Positions 1 to 12,719 of a DNA stretch of 64,000 bases are shown here, one piece after another. The notes under the pieces are model-generated. The model was given only the letters and a program-made list of their open reading frames with translations, ran no database searches and had not been told where the DNA came from. Source of the stretch: Eledone cirrhosa (lineage: Eukaryota); contig OZ024741.1 of NCBI GenBank assembly GCA_964016885.1, forward strand, positions 194,184,001 through 194,248,000, read 5' to 3'. The position numbers and the translations under genes are program-made. Within the stretch, counting starts at the first letter, position 1, and each line of letters begins with the position of its first letter.

Positions 1-3000
1 TAGTAGAGTACATGAGGGTAAAGTGGAGAACATGAGGGTAGAGTGGGGTAGATCAGGGTAGAATAGAATATATCAGAGTGTAGTAGAGTACATGAGGGTA
101 AAGTGGAGAACATGGGGTAGAGTGGGGTAGAATAGAATACATCAGGGTGTAGTAGAGTACATGAGGGTAAAGTGGAGAACATGAGGGTAGAGTGGGGTAG
201 ATCAGGGTAGAATAGAATACATCAGGGTGTAGTAGAGTACATGAGGGTAAAGTGGAGAAAATGAGGGTAGAGTGGGGTAGATCAGGGTAGAATAGAATAT
301 ATCAGGGTGAAGTAGAGTAAATGAGGGTAAAGTGGAGAACATGAGGGTAGAGAGGGGTAGAAAAAAATACATCAGGGTGTAGTAGAGTACATGAGAGTAA
401 AGTGGAGAACATGAGGGTAGAGTGGGGTAGATCAGGGTAGAATAGAATACATCAGAGTGTAGTAGAGTACATGAGGGTAAAGTGGAGAACATGAGGGTAG
501 AGTGGGGTAGATGAGGGTAGAATAGAATACATCAGGGTGTAGTAGAGTACATGAGGGTAAAGTGGAGAAAATGAGGGTAGAATGGGGTAGAATAGAATAC
601 ATCAGGGTGAAGTAGAGTACATGAGGGTAAAGTGGAGAACATGAGGGTAGAGTGGGGTAGATCAGGGTAGAATAGAATACATCAGAGTGTAATAGAGTAC
701 ATGAGGGTAGAGTGGGGTAGAATAGAAAACATCAGGGTGTAGTAGAGTACATGAGGGTAGAGTGGGGTAGATCAGGGTAGAATAGAATACATCAGAGTGT
801 AGTAGAGTACATGAGGGTAAAGTGGAGAACATGAGGGTAGAGTGGGTAGATCAGGGTAGAATAGAATACATCAGAGTGTAGTAGAGTACATGAGGGTAAA
901 GTGGAGAACATGAGGGTAGAGTGGGGTAGATCAGGGTAGAATAGAATACATCAGGGTAAAGTGGAGAACATGAGGGTAGAGTGGGGTAGATCAGGGTAGA
1001 ATAGAATACATCAGGGTGAAGTAGAGTACATGAGGGTAGAGTGGGGTAAATCAGGGTAGAATAGAATACATCAGGGTGTAGTAGAGTACATGAGGGTAAA
1101 GTGGAGAACATGAGGGTAGAGTGGGGTAGATCAGGGTAGAATAGAATACATTAGGGTGTAGTAGAGTACATGAGGGTAAAGTGGGGTAGATCGGGGTAGA
1201 ATAGAATACATTGAGTGTAGTAGAGCACATGAGGGTAAAGTAGAGAACATGAGGGTAGAGTGGGGGTAGATCAGGGTAGAATAGAATACATCAGAATGTA
1301 GTAGAGTACATGAGTGTAAAGTGGAGAACATGAGGGTAGAGTTGGGTAGATCAGGGTAGAATAGAATACATCAGGGGGAAGTAGAGTACATGAGGGTAAA
1401 GTGGAGAACATGAGGGTAGATCAGGGTAGAATAGAATACATCAGAGTGTAGTAGAGTACATGAGGTTAAAGTGGAGAACATGAGGGTAGAGTGGGGTAGA
1501 TCAGGGTAGAATAGAATACATTGTGTGTAGTAGAGTACATGAGGGTAAAGTGGAGAACATGAGGGTAGATCAGGGTAGAATAGAATACATCAGGGTGAAG
1601 TAGAGTACATGAGGGTAAAGTGGAGAACATGAGGGTAGAGTGGGGTAGATCAGGGTAAAATAGAATACATCAGGGAGAAGTAGAGTACATGAGGGTAAAG
1701 TGGAGACAATGAGGGTAGAGTGGGGTAAATCAGGGTAGAATAGAATACATCAGGGTGTAGTAGGGTACATGAGGGTAAAGTGGAGAACATGAGGGTAGAG
1801 TGGGGTAGATCAGGGTAGAATAGAATACATCAGGGAGAAGTAGAGTACATGAGGGTAAAGTGGAGACAATGAGGGTAGAGTGGGGTAGATCAGGGTAGAA
1901 TAGAATACATCAGAGTGTAGTAGAGTACATGAGGGTAAAGTGGAGAACATGAGGGTAGAGTGGGGTAGATCAGGGTAGAATAGAATACATCAGAGTGTAA
2001 TAGAGTACATGAGGGTAAAGTGGAGAAAATGAGGGTAGAGTGGGGGTAAATCAGGGTAGAATAGAATACATCAGGGTGTAGTAGAGTACATGAGGGTAAA
2101 GTGGAGAACATGAGGGTAGAGTGGGGTAGAATAGAATACATCAGGGTGTAGTAGAGTACATGAGGGTAGAGTGGGGTAGATCAGGGTAGAATAGAATACA
2201 TCAGAGTGTAGTAGAGTACATGAGGGTAAAGTGGAGAACATGAGGGTAGAGTGGGGTAGATCAGGGTAGAATAGAATATATCAGAGTGTAGTAGAGTACA
2301 TGAGGGTAAAGTGGAGAACATGGGGTAGAGTGGGGTAGAATAGAATACATCAGGGTGTAGTAGAGTACATGAGGGTAAAGTGGAGAACATGAGGGTAGAG
2401 TGGGGTAGATCAGGGTAGAATAGAATACATCAGGGTGTAGTAGAGTACATGAGGGTAAAGTGGAGAAAATGAGGGTAGAGTGGGGTAGATCAGGGTAGAA
2501 TAGAATATATCAGGGTGAAGTAGAGTAAATGAGGGTAAAGTGGAGAACATGAGGGTAGAGAGGGGTAGAAAAAAATACATCAGGGTGTAGTAGAGTACAT
2601 GAGAGTAAAGTGGAGAACATGAGGGTAGAGTGGGGTAGATCAGGGTAGAATAGAATACATCAGAGTGTAGTAGAGTACATGAGGGTAAAGTGGAGAACAT
2701 GAGGGTAGAGTGGGGTAGATGAGGGTAGAATAGAATACATCAGGGTGTAGTAGAGTACATGAGGGTAAAGTGGAGAAAATGAGGGTAGAATGGGGTAGAA
2801 TAGAATACATCAGGGTGAAGTAGAGTACATGAGGGTAAAGTGGAGAACATGAGGGTAGAGTGGGGTAGATCAGGGTAGAATAGAATACATCAGGGGGAAG
2901 TAGAGTACATGAGGGTAAAGTGGAGAACATGAGGGTAGATCATGGTAGAATAGAATACATCAGAGTGTAGTAGAGTACATGAGGTTAAAGTGGAGAACAT

Positions 3001-6000
3001 GAGGGTAGAGTGGGGTAGATCAGGGTAGAATAGAATACATTGTGTGTAGTAGAGTACATGAGGGTAAAGTGGAGAACATGAGGGTAGAGTGGGGTAGATC
3101 AGGGTAGAATAGAATACATCAGGGTGAAGTAGCGTACATGAGGGTAAAGTGGAGAACATGAGGGTAGAGTGGGGTAGATCAGGGTAAAATAGAATACATC
3201 AGGGAGAAGTAGAGTACATGAGGGTAAAGTGGAGACAATGAGGGTAGAGTGGGGTAAATCAGGGTAGAATAGAATACATCAGGGTGTAGTAGGGTACATG
3301 AGGGTAAAGTGGAGAACATGAGGGTAGAGTGGGGTAGATCAGGGTAGAATAGAATACATCAGGGAGAAGTAGAGTACATGAGGGTAAAGTGGAGACAATG
3401 AGGGTAGAGTGGGGTAGATCAGGGTAGAATAGAATACATCAGAGTGTAGTAGAGTACATGAGGGTAAAGTGGAGAACATGAGGGTAGAGTGGGGTAGATC
3501 AGGGTAGAATAGAATACATCAGAGTGTAATAGAGTACATGAGGGTAAAGTGGAGAAAATGAGGGTAGAGTGGGGGTAAATCAGGGTAGAATAGAATACAT
3601 CAGGGTGTAGTAGAGTACATGAGGGTAAAGTGGAGAACATGAGGGTAGAGTGGGGTAGAATAGAATACATCAGGGTGTAGTAGAGTACATGAGGGTAGAG
3701 TGGGGTAGATCAGGGTAGAATAGAATACATCAGAGTGTAGTAGAGTACATGAGGGTAAAGTGGAGAACATGAGGGTAGAGTGGGGTAGATCAGGGTAGAA
3801 TAGAATATATCAGAGTGTAGTAGAGTACATGAGGGTAAAGTGGAGAACATGGGGTAGAGTGGGGTAGAATAGAATACATCAGGGTGTAGTAGAGTACATG
3901 AGGGTAAAGTGGAGAACATGAGGGTAGAGTGGGGTAGATCAGGGTAGAATAGAATACATCAGGGTGTAGTAGAGTACATGAGGGTAAAGTGGAGAAAATG
4001 AGGGTAGAGTGGGGTAGATCAGGGTAGAATAGAATATATCAGGGTGAAGTAGAGTAAATGAGGGTAAAGTGGAGAACATGAGGGTAGAGAGGGGTAGAAA
4101 AAAATACATCAGGGTGTAGTAGAGTACATGAGAGTAAAGTGGAGAACATGAGGGTAGAGTGGGGTAGATCAGGGTAGAATAGAATACATCAGAGTGTAGT
4201 AGAGTACATGAGGGTAAAGTGGAGAACATGAGGGTAGAGTGGGGTAGATGAGGGTAGAATAGAATACATCAGGGTGTAGTAGAGTACATGAGGGTAAAGT
4301 GGAGAAAATGAGGGTAGAATGGGGTAGAATAGAATACATCAGGGTGAAGTAGAGTACATGAGGGTAAAGTGGAGAACATGAGGGTAGAGTGGGGTAGATC
4401 AGGGTAGAATAGAATACATCAGGGGGAAGTAGAGTACATGAGGGTAAAGTGGAGAACATGAGGGTAGATCATGGTAGAATAGAATACATCAGAGTGTAGT
4501 AGAGTACATGAGGTTAAAGTGGAGAACATGAGGGTAGAGTGGGGTAGATCAGGGTAGAATAGAATACATTGTGTGTAGTAGAGTACATGAGGGTAAAGTG
4601 GAGAACATGAGGGTAGAGTGGGGTAGATCAGGGTAGAATAGAATACATCAGGGTGAAGTAGCGTACATGAGGGTAAAGTGGAGAACATGAGGGTAGAGTG
4701 GGGTAGATCAGGGTAAAATAGAATACATCAGGGAGAAGTAGAGTACATGAGGGTAAAGTGGAGACAATGAGGGTAGAGTGGGGTAAATCAGGGTAGAATA
4801 GAATACATCAGGGTGTAGTAGGGTACATGAGGGTAAAGTGGAGAACATGAGGGTAGAGTGGGGTAGATCAGGGTAGAATAGAATACATCAGGGAGAAGTA
4901 GAGTACATGAGGGTAAAGTGGAGACAATGAGGGTAGAGTGGGGTAGATCAGGGTAGAATAGAATACATCAGAGTGTAGTAGAGTACATGAGGGTAAAGTG
5001 GAGAACATGAGGGTAGAGTGGGGTAGATCAGGGTAGAATAGAATACATCAGAGTGTAATAGAGTACATGAGGGTAAAGTGGAGAAAATGAGGGTAGAGTG
5101 GGGGTAAATCAGGGTAGAATAGAATACATCAGGGTGTAGTAGAGTACATGAGGGTAAAGTGGAGAACATGAGGGTAGAGTGGGGTAGAATAGAATACATC
5201 AGGGTGTAGTAGAGTACATGAGGGTAGAGTGGGGTAGATCAGGGTAGAATAGAATACATCAGAGTGTAGTAGAGTGCATGAGGGTAAAGTGGAGAACATG
5301 AGGGTAGAGTGGGGTAGATCAGGGTAGAATAGAATATATCAGAGTGTAGTAGAGTACATGAGGGTAAAGTGGAGAACATGGGGTAGAGTGGGGTAGAATA
5401 GAATACATCAGGGTGTAGTAGAGTACATGAGGGTAAAGTGGAGAACATGAGGGTAGAGTGGGGTAGATCAGGGTAGAATAGAATACATCAGGGTGTAGTA
5501 GAGTACATGAGGGTAAAGTGGAGAAAATGAGGGTAGAGTGGGGTAGATCAGGGTAGAATAGAATATATCAGGGTGAAGTAGAGTAAATGAGGGTAAAGTG
5601 GAGAACATGAGGGTAGAGAGGGGTAGAAAAAAATACATCAGGGTGTAGTAGAGTACATGAGAGTAAAGTGGAGAACATGAGGGTAGAGTGGGGTAGATCA
5701 GGGTAGAATAGAATACATCAGAGTGTAGTAGAGTACATGAGGGTAAAGTGGAGAACATGAGGGTAGAGTGGGGTAGATGAGGGTAGAATAGAATACATCA
5801 GGGTGTAGTAGAGTACATGAGGGTAAAGTGGAGAAAATGAGGGTAGAATGGGGTAGAATAGAATACATCAGGGTGAAGTAGAGTACATGAGGGTAAAGTG
5901 GAGAACATGAGGGTAGAGTGGGGTAGATCAGGGTAGAATAGAATACATCAGAGTGTAATAGAGTACATGAGGGTAGAGTGGGGTAGAATAGAAAACATCA

Positions 6001-6938
6001 GGGTGTAGTAGAGTACATGAGGGTAGAGTGGGGTAGATCAGGGTAGAATAGAATACATCAGAGTGTAGTAGAGTACATGAGGGTAAAGTGGAGAACATGA
6101 GGGTAGAGTGGGTAGATCAGGGTAGAATAGAATACATCAGAGTGTAGTAGAGTACATGAGGGTAAAGTGGAGAACATGAGGGTAGAGTGGGGTAGATCAG
6201 GGTAGAATAGAATACATCAGGGTAAAGTGGAGAACATGAGGGTAGAGTGGGGTAGATCAGGGTAGAATAGAATACATCAGGGTGAAGTAGAGTACATGAG
6301 GGTAGAGTGGGGTAAATCAGGGTAGAATAGAATACATCAGGGTGTAGTAGAGTACATGAGGGTAAAGTGGAGAACATGAGGGTAGAGTGGGGTAGATCAG
6401 GGTAGAATAGAATACATCAGAGTGAAGTAGAGTACATGAGGGTAAAGTGGAGAACATGAGGGTAGAGTGGGGTAGATCAGGGTAGAATAGAATACATCAG
6501 AGTGTAGTTGAGTACATGAGGGTAAAGTGGAGAACATGAGGGTAGATCAGGGTAGAATAGAATACATCAGGGTGTAGTAGAGTACCTGAGGGTGAAATAG
6601 AGTACATGAGGGTGGAGTGGAGTACATGAGGGTAGAGTGGAGTACATGAGGGTAGAGTGGAGTACATGAGGGTGGAGTGGGGTACATGAGGGTAGAGTGG
6701 GGTACATGAGGGTAGAGTGGGGTACATGAGGGTAGAGTGGGGTACATGAGGGTAGCGTGGGGGTGTACATGAGGGTAGCGTGGGGTGTACATGAGGGTAC
6801 TGTGGGGTGTACATGAGGGTAGCGTGGGGGTGTACATGAGGGTAGCGTGGGGGTGTACATGAGGGTAGCGTGGGGTGTACATGAGGGTAGTGTGGGGTGT
6901 ACATGAGGGTAGAGTGGGGTGTACATGAGGGTAGAGTA
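1..6938. repeat. Satellite array: 80-bp monomer (catgagggta aagtggagaa catgagggta gagtggggta gatcagggta gaatagaata catcagggtg tagtagagta) built from 10/20-bp subunits, with higher-order repeats; simplifies to 20-22-bp units at about 6590-6935
   Basis: The 80-bp period is directly visible (11 vs 91). Identical ORF-track translations recur at offsets of 1529 bp (1890/3419/4948 and 2410/3939/5468) and 5266 bp (202/5468 and 851/6117). The array lies in the intron downstream of the exon at 8190-8281. Confidence 0.97.
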
Positions 6939-7070
6939 GGCTACAGTACACTACAGTAATATTGAAAATATGTGTAATATTCATATATCCACGGAAGACC
7001 TAATTTCACATCTGCTTTACCAAAATATTCTAAATATGTGTTTGTTATTATCAATATATGTTGTTGTTGT

Positions 7071-7272
7071 GAGGGTGGTGGATTGGTAGTGTGTTGGCTA
7101 AGATGCTATTGCCTTATTTGTTCTAACTCTACATTCTGAGTTCAAATACTGTCAACTTTGCTTTCCATCCTTCAGGGGTTGATAAAATAAAGTATCAGTC
7201 AAGTACTGGGGTTGATTTAATGAAATTTGCCCTCATGTCAAATTTGCTGGCCTTATGCCTAAATTAGAAATT
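7071..7272 (+). mobile_element. tRNA-derived SINE (octopus-type), diverged
   Basis: B-box gagttcaaat followed by the core actttgctttccatcc..gggttgataaaataaagta, shared with the other copies in the window. Confidence 0.8.
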
Positions 7273-8189
7273 AACATATGTTGTATTGTAGTCAACAATA
7301 TGTAGCATTGATATTTTTAATATGGTTTGTTTTGGTTATCAATGTTATGCTGTTTTTGTGTTGTTATCAACAGCATGCTGCATTGATATAAAAACTACAT
7401 AATATGATGGCTGCAGCTTGACAACATCTGACAGCTCCATACCAGTAATTGGAGCAGGTTGGTTGTTGTTTTACTAAAAGTGCTGGGGTATGGTTTTGAG
7501 GGATGTGTTTAAATTCAATTTATGGCTGGTGTGGTATGGTGAGTAGGGTTAATTGTAGGATTATAATTTGCATTTGAGTTCATGGACAAAATTAGTTTGG
7601 TTTAGATTTGCTTATGTTCTAGTTAAGGCATAAATGATCTTAGTGATTTATTAATATGTTGTGTTGTGGTTAATATACTGTTTTGTTGTTGTTGTCAACA
7701 ATATGTTGCATTGATATTAGTAATATGTTGTTTTGTGGCCAAAATAGGGTTCTTTTGATAGAGTGCATAGCTTGGAGATCAGAGTTGCTCCAGATAGAGC
7801 CACTACTTCTCTGAATTGAGAGATCACAGCTCCAATACTACAGACATGTGGTTAGAATGTCTCAAGAAAGAATCGCTGGACAGATTTTAAGGGAAAAACC
7901 AACCGGCAGGAGACTCAGGGTAGACACTGAGTAAGATAGTTGGATAACATCCATGAGCTTGGCTGGTCTCGCTTGGGGATCCAGTCGGATCAATTGAAGA
8001 TGGTTGCTTGTGACAAGATCCACTGGGAGGTGTGTTTGAGGACTCTTCCATCATGGCTCTCCCAGTAGGAGGAGGAGGATTGCTGTATTGTCAACAATGT
8101 TTTGCTAATGTCAACAATATGTTATGTTGCTGTAGTCAATGTTAATTCCAACAATATGTTGTGTTGTAATTAAAAATATATTAACATAC

Positions 8190-8281
8190 GTGGCTTTTCT
8201 TTCCAGGTTCTGGAGGTTTCCTTTCAAGCTGTTGTAAGCATTAGATTTTGTTTTCAAGTCTGACTCCACCTGAGATACTTG
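8190..8281 (-). CDS. ATP6V1C1: V-ATPase subunit C, coding exon 5 ([31 protein letters not shown]), 92 nt
   Basis: Manual minus-strand translation matches the known subunit C segment (..[26 protein letters not shown]..). Acceptor tttatag and donor gtatgt are present, and the phase continues from the previous exon. Confidence 0.95.
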
Positions 8282-8674
8282 CTATAAATATATAATATTT
8301 ATAAATATATAATATATAAATATATAATACAGGGTGTAATAGGTAAATTGGGACAAGTTTCAAATGGGTATATCTATGTGTATAAAAGAGAGATGTTTAT
8401 AGGTTGGTTGGTTGAATCACACACAAACTACACACACACACACTACACACACACACTTAATGTTGTAAGCATTAGATTTTGTTTTCAAGTCTGACTCCAC
8501 CTGAGATACTTGCTATAAATATATAATATGCTATAAATATATAATATATAAATATATAATACAGGGTGTAATAGGTAAATTGGGACAAGTTTCAAATGGG
8601 TATATCTATGTGTATAAAAGAGAGATGTTTATAGGTTGGTTGGTTGAATCACACACAAACTACACACACACACA

Positions 8675-8705
<31 letters not shown>
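8230..8705. repeat. ~231-bp tandem duplication covering the 5' half of the 8190-8281 exon, its splice acceptor and a transposon TIR
   Basis: 8230-8457 is repeated nearly exactly at 8461-8690. Confidence 0.92.
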
Positions 8706-8706
<1 letters not shown>

Positions 8707-9303
8707 CTAAAGAGAGAGAGAGACAGAGGGAGAAAGAGAGAGAGACCGTTATACAGTGAAAGATACAATTAAAGTGTTAGATATTGAGAGAGAGAGAGAA
8801 AGAGAGAGAGAGAGTAATGTCCCACGAAAGTCTAAAAGCGGCTTAAACTACAGATTCTTTGATCTATAGGAAGGTTTAACAATATTGTTAGCTTTTATAA
8901 AGTCGTTTTACAATCTTTGCTTTTACAGAACAAAGAAAAATTTATACTATTTGAAATTAATCTACCCTCCAGCTTTTATCCATATACTATATATATAGCA
9001 ATGTTATGCGGTATATTGTTGTTTCACGTGACGTCCTTTGGAGCTGAAAAAGATCATACTGACAATGGTTATTTCACAACATTTAAATTCCAAGGTCAGT
9101 GCTACCATTTAATCAGCAGTTTACTCCCCCAGCCTAATAAGGAAGTTTTATGATTGTTTTGTTTATGTCTTTCTCACACACACTCACACACCGACACATT
9201 ACGGTCTCACCTCATACCAGACAACACATCCAATACAGTCGTTTTCCCTTTTATTCATCTTCTCTTAACTATTCTCCCGGGTGAAGCCGGGTACCTCAGC
9301 TAG
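8706..9303 (+). mobile_element. Non-autonomous Helitron remnant
   Basis: A|TC 5' end, and a 3' GC hairpin cccgggtgaagccggg followed by CTAG|T. The internal fragment TSFGA..TFKFQGQCYHLISSLLP resembles the Helitron RepHel N-terminal region. Confidence 0.75.
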
Positions 9304-10323
9304 TTGTATATAATTATACAGATTTTGTTGGAGTCTAAATTTTAAATATTACCAGCTTGAATAATCACTTGTACTATTATTTATCTCAGATTGAACAAAT
9401 TATGAATGTTAATAAATAATTAAACTGTAGAAGTGTAATTGCCAAATTATTCTGCACTGGCAAAAGTGCTGGGGAGATTGTTAGAGCCACAAAGTGTGCC
9501 AGATCTATTGTTTTTAGAGTTGTAGCCAAGTTGAAGAAAAGTCAGGATGTTCAGGGAAAGCATCACAGTCCTCGCAGTGGCTGAAAATGCACACCTCGCT
9601 TCATAGCAGGACTTAAAAGATCGATTGAGCCGAACCCATCAAAATCAATGGCGAAGTTGGTTCAAGATTGAGGAATCAATAAAATTACCATTTCTAGAGC
9701 TATGAGACAAGATCTCAATACAAAATCCTATGTGAGGAGACACTGTAACATCCCAACTGCCTGCTTCAAAGCCATTTAATCTGAAAGAAGTCCCAAACTT
9801 CTAAGTCATCTGAAACATCATGGCAGAGAGGTCCGCATCTTCGTGGATGAAAAGAAGTTTGTGGTAGACGAAATTGCAAACCACTAAAACTCATGAGTGA
9901 AAGCGTACGACCCTTCCCAAGTCCCTTCAGCTATACATAACAAGAATCCGGTTTCCATTACGGTCTTTAGAGCTGTTGTAAGTGATGGGAAATTGATGCA
10001 TCCTTATTTTATTGAAGCGGATCTTAAAATCAACACAACAGAGTATCTCAAAGTCTCAGAAGTTTTGTTGCCTTGGCTTAAGAAGCATTATGATGCAAGT
10101 TGAGTTATGTTTGTATAAGACTCTGCACTCGCCCATTCTTCGAATAGAATGCAAAAATTTTTTAAGAAGGGATTGCCCATGTTTGTCCCTAACAGTATCT
10201 GGCCCTCTAGCTAGCTAGATTTGAATCCATGTGATTTTCAGCCATAAGGTGCAGTTGAAGCAGCTTCTCACAACTATGTGTCTTCAGTGAAGGCTTTGAT
10301 CAAGTGAGCATAAGGTAAAATGA

Positions 10324-11178
10324 ATCCATCCATCCATATCCAGTTTTAGTCTTTAGAGTGCTGCAGTTGTCCCGGACTCCGAGGTAGGCAACACCAGGCA
10401 ATGTCTTACAGCCGCTCTCCATGAATTTCTGTCCATAGTATCAACATCGGCCAAGTTCCATTTATACAAATCACTCTTCACGCACTCCAACCACGTCTTC
10501 CTTGGTCTGCTGCAATCTCTAGTGCCAGGGATTGCCAAGTGAGTGATGGAGTTGATGCATGACGTGGCTCGCTGTACATGTCCGTACCAATGGAGATGTT
10601 GTGTGCGAAGGACAGCAGTGATCTCATCTACACCCAGCTTCTGGTGGAGCACAGTCAAAGGGGTTTCATCCTTCAATTTGGCGCCACAGATCCACCTAAT
10701 CATAGCACGATCATTTCGCCTGAGCTGTTGCAGATCTGAGACATTTGGAACCCATGTCTCACTGCCATAAAGCATGGCGGAGCGAACACAAGCAGTAAAC
10801 ACTTTACCACGAACCTTGAAAGAGATGTGCCTTGAAGTGAATGATGGGCAACAGTTTTCTGAAGTTGCCCCATGCAACACAGCAGCGAGAAGCAACAGCA
10901 CATTCACAGTCCCCACCAGCATAGATCATGTCACCCAGGTAGCAGAAGGTGCCTTCCATATCGAGTAATTTGCCGTCCACATCCACATGTGTACCAGATT
11001 GACCATTCACTGGGCGAGCGGCACCTTGACACCTACAACAAACGTACTCTGGATCAGCAACTAGTTTCCCAGTGATACCACTGCACCTCTTATGGATCCA
11101 TAGCTTGCATAGAGAGCATTTGATGGAGTTTGTGCCCACACCAGTGCGACAGACAGCACAGGGGAATTTGCCAGAATG
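10324..11178 (-). mobile_element. 5'-truncated RTE-clade LINE (PHD finger plus C-terminus) with an (ATGG)n tail
   Basis: ORFs 10804-11139 and 10353-10922 are homologous to the C-terminus of the 1039-aa ORF, with a frameshift between them. Confidence 0.88.
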
Positions 11179-11589
11179 AAAAAGGAAATCATTTCATAAA
11201 TGGATTGAACTAGTAAAGAAAGTAAATGGTGGTCACATTGAACTGAAATAAGTGCTAAACACCCAACAATAAATCGGCATAAAGATAAAATTTGCAGTGT
11301 TTGATTTTTCCAAGTTATACCAATTATAATAAAGATATTTAAATGGTCACAATATACCTGTTACACCCTGTATGTGTGTATATGTATATATGTAAGTCAT
11401 CATATATCAACACAACTGAATTTTCAAAAGCAATTTCTTGTTTTCTGGGACACTCTTTAGGTAAATGTGCCATGTCCATGGTATCTACCTAGATAACGTA
11501 AGCTATGTTAACAGTCACCTGAAGTGTGCCCCAGAAGACATGTAAGTACTTGTGAAAATCCAGTTGTGTTGAAATTTGATAGACTAATA

Positions 11590-12424
11590 TATCATCATCA
11601 TCATCATTTAACGATCTTCCACACTGGCTTGGGTTAGACGGGAGTATCCAACTTGAGGCAAGATTGGTTGGGTGACTGTGTTTCACTCGTATAGGACTAT
11701 CTGGCAGGTTTTCTATGGCTGGATGCCCTTCCTAACACCAACCACATTTACTGTGTGGACTTGGAGCATTTTACTGTGTTACCTACACGACCACATTACA
11801 GCGTGGACTGTGTTTTTTGTCGTGACACCTACACGACCTCATTTGTTTGGATTGGATGTTGTGGTACCAACATAACTAGAGAAAGGGTGGTGGGAGTGGG
11901 AGGATGGAGTAGGGGTAGTGGGTTGGGGTGTATGTTTGGTTTGGAGGGGCCTACTGACTGTAGGTTAACTTTGCACGAAGGGAAGGCGGGTCTTCTGTAT
12001 TACTGCATGGCGCCAAAGATCTTGATCCAGTGACATTGTCTTAGAGAGGTGCAAGTGTGCAAGGTCGGAATTTATCAGATCGTCCCAGGTTTTTCTGGGC
12101 CTACCTACTCCGTAACTTCCATCAGACCTGCGCAGACTGGAAAGGAACGAAGCATGCATGCTCCGTTGGATGTGTAATAGTAATATACATGAACAGCAAA
12201 ACATAAATGAGCTAAGTGAGAAATTAGGAATAAGAGGGATCAGATACTGTTTACTTGAGAGAAGATTACGTTGGTATGGTCATGTGATGCGCATGAAAGG
12301 TGACAACTGTATAAAAAAGTGCAGGGTAATCAAAATTGATGGAAGTTATGGAGTAGGTAGACCCAGAAAAACCTGGGACGATATGATAAATTCCGACCTT
12401 GCACACTTGCACCTCTCTAAGACA
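11590..12424 (-). mobile_element. RTE LINE 3' end (minus, 11590-12125) joined to an inverted internal fragment (plus, 12126-12424)
   Basis: (GAT)n tail at 11590-11606. The GRPRKTW C-terminus appears on both strands. Same family as 47964-50035. Confidence 0.85.
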
Positions 12425-12451
12425 AAAAAAAAAAAAATATATATATATATA

Positions 12452-12612
12452 TGTAGGTCCCGGGTTGAGTCGGGGATAACCACAGTAAGTAAGGTACTCA
12501 ATACATGGCAGAGTAAAGATTTTTTATTGTATAGAAGGAGCTTCTACAGGACTAGTACTGTTTCATCTGAATGAAACAGTACTAGTCCTGTAGAAGCTCC
12601 TTCTATACAATA
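12452..12612 (-). mobile_element. PLE-derived fold-back palindrome P1 (42-bp perfect arms spanning 12525-12612) plus one-sided tail 12452-12524
   Basis: The inverted repeat is directly visible. The sequence is homologous to the hammerhead-bearing ends at 14807-14940 and 55877-55941, and it is flanked by (TA)n. Confidence 0.8.
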
Positions 12613-12719
12613 TATATATATATATATATACAGAGAGAGAGAGAGAGATAGAGCTGAGTGTGTGTATATATACTACTTAAAGAGGTCTAGCAAAACTAAT
12701 TAAAAAGAGAATTAATCTT

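Larger units (their letters stand above)
8562..11370 (+). mobile_element. Degenerate Tc1/mariner (maT/DD37D-like) DNA transposon carrying nested Helitron and RTE insertions
   Basis: TA|CAGGGTGTAATAGGTA left TIR and TACCTGTTACACCCTG|TA right TIR. Broken transposase at about 9420-10320 (FVDEKKF; WPxSxxDLNPCD). Confidence 0.8.

Noticed and set aside
1-6938. Telomeric repeat or CRISPR array
   Set aside because: There is no (TTAGGG)n, no unique spacers and no cas genes, and the context is eukaryotic.
202-6984. Many Tyr/Pro/Ser/Thr/Leu-rich ORFs on the minus strand
   Set aside because: They are translations of the satellite in shifting frames, with no splice signals or domain content.
8207-8233. 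Apparent plus-strand micro-exon (ttccag|...|gtaagc)
   Set aside because: It lies entirely within the minus-strand V-ATPase exon, so the signals are coincidental.
9024-9032. TCACGTGAC CLEAR-like site
   Set aside because: It sits inside a Helitron coding remnant, about 36 kb from the predicted TSS.
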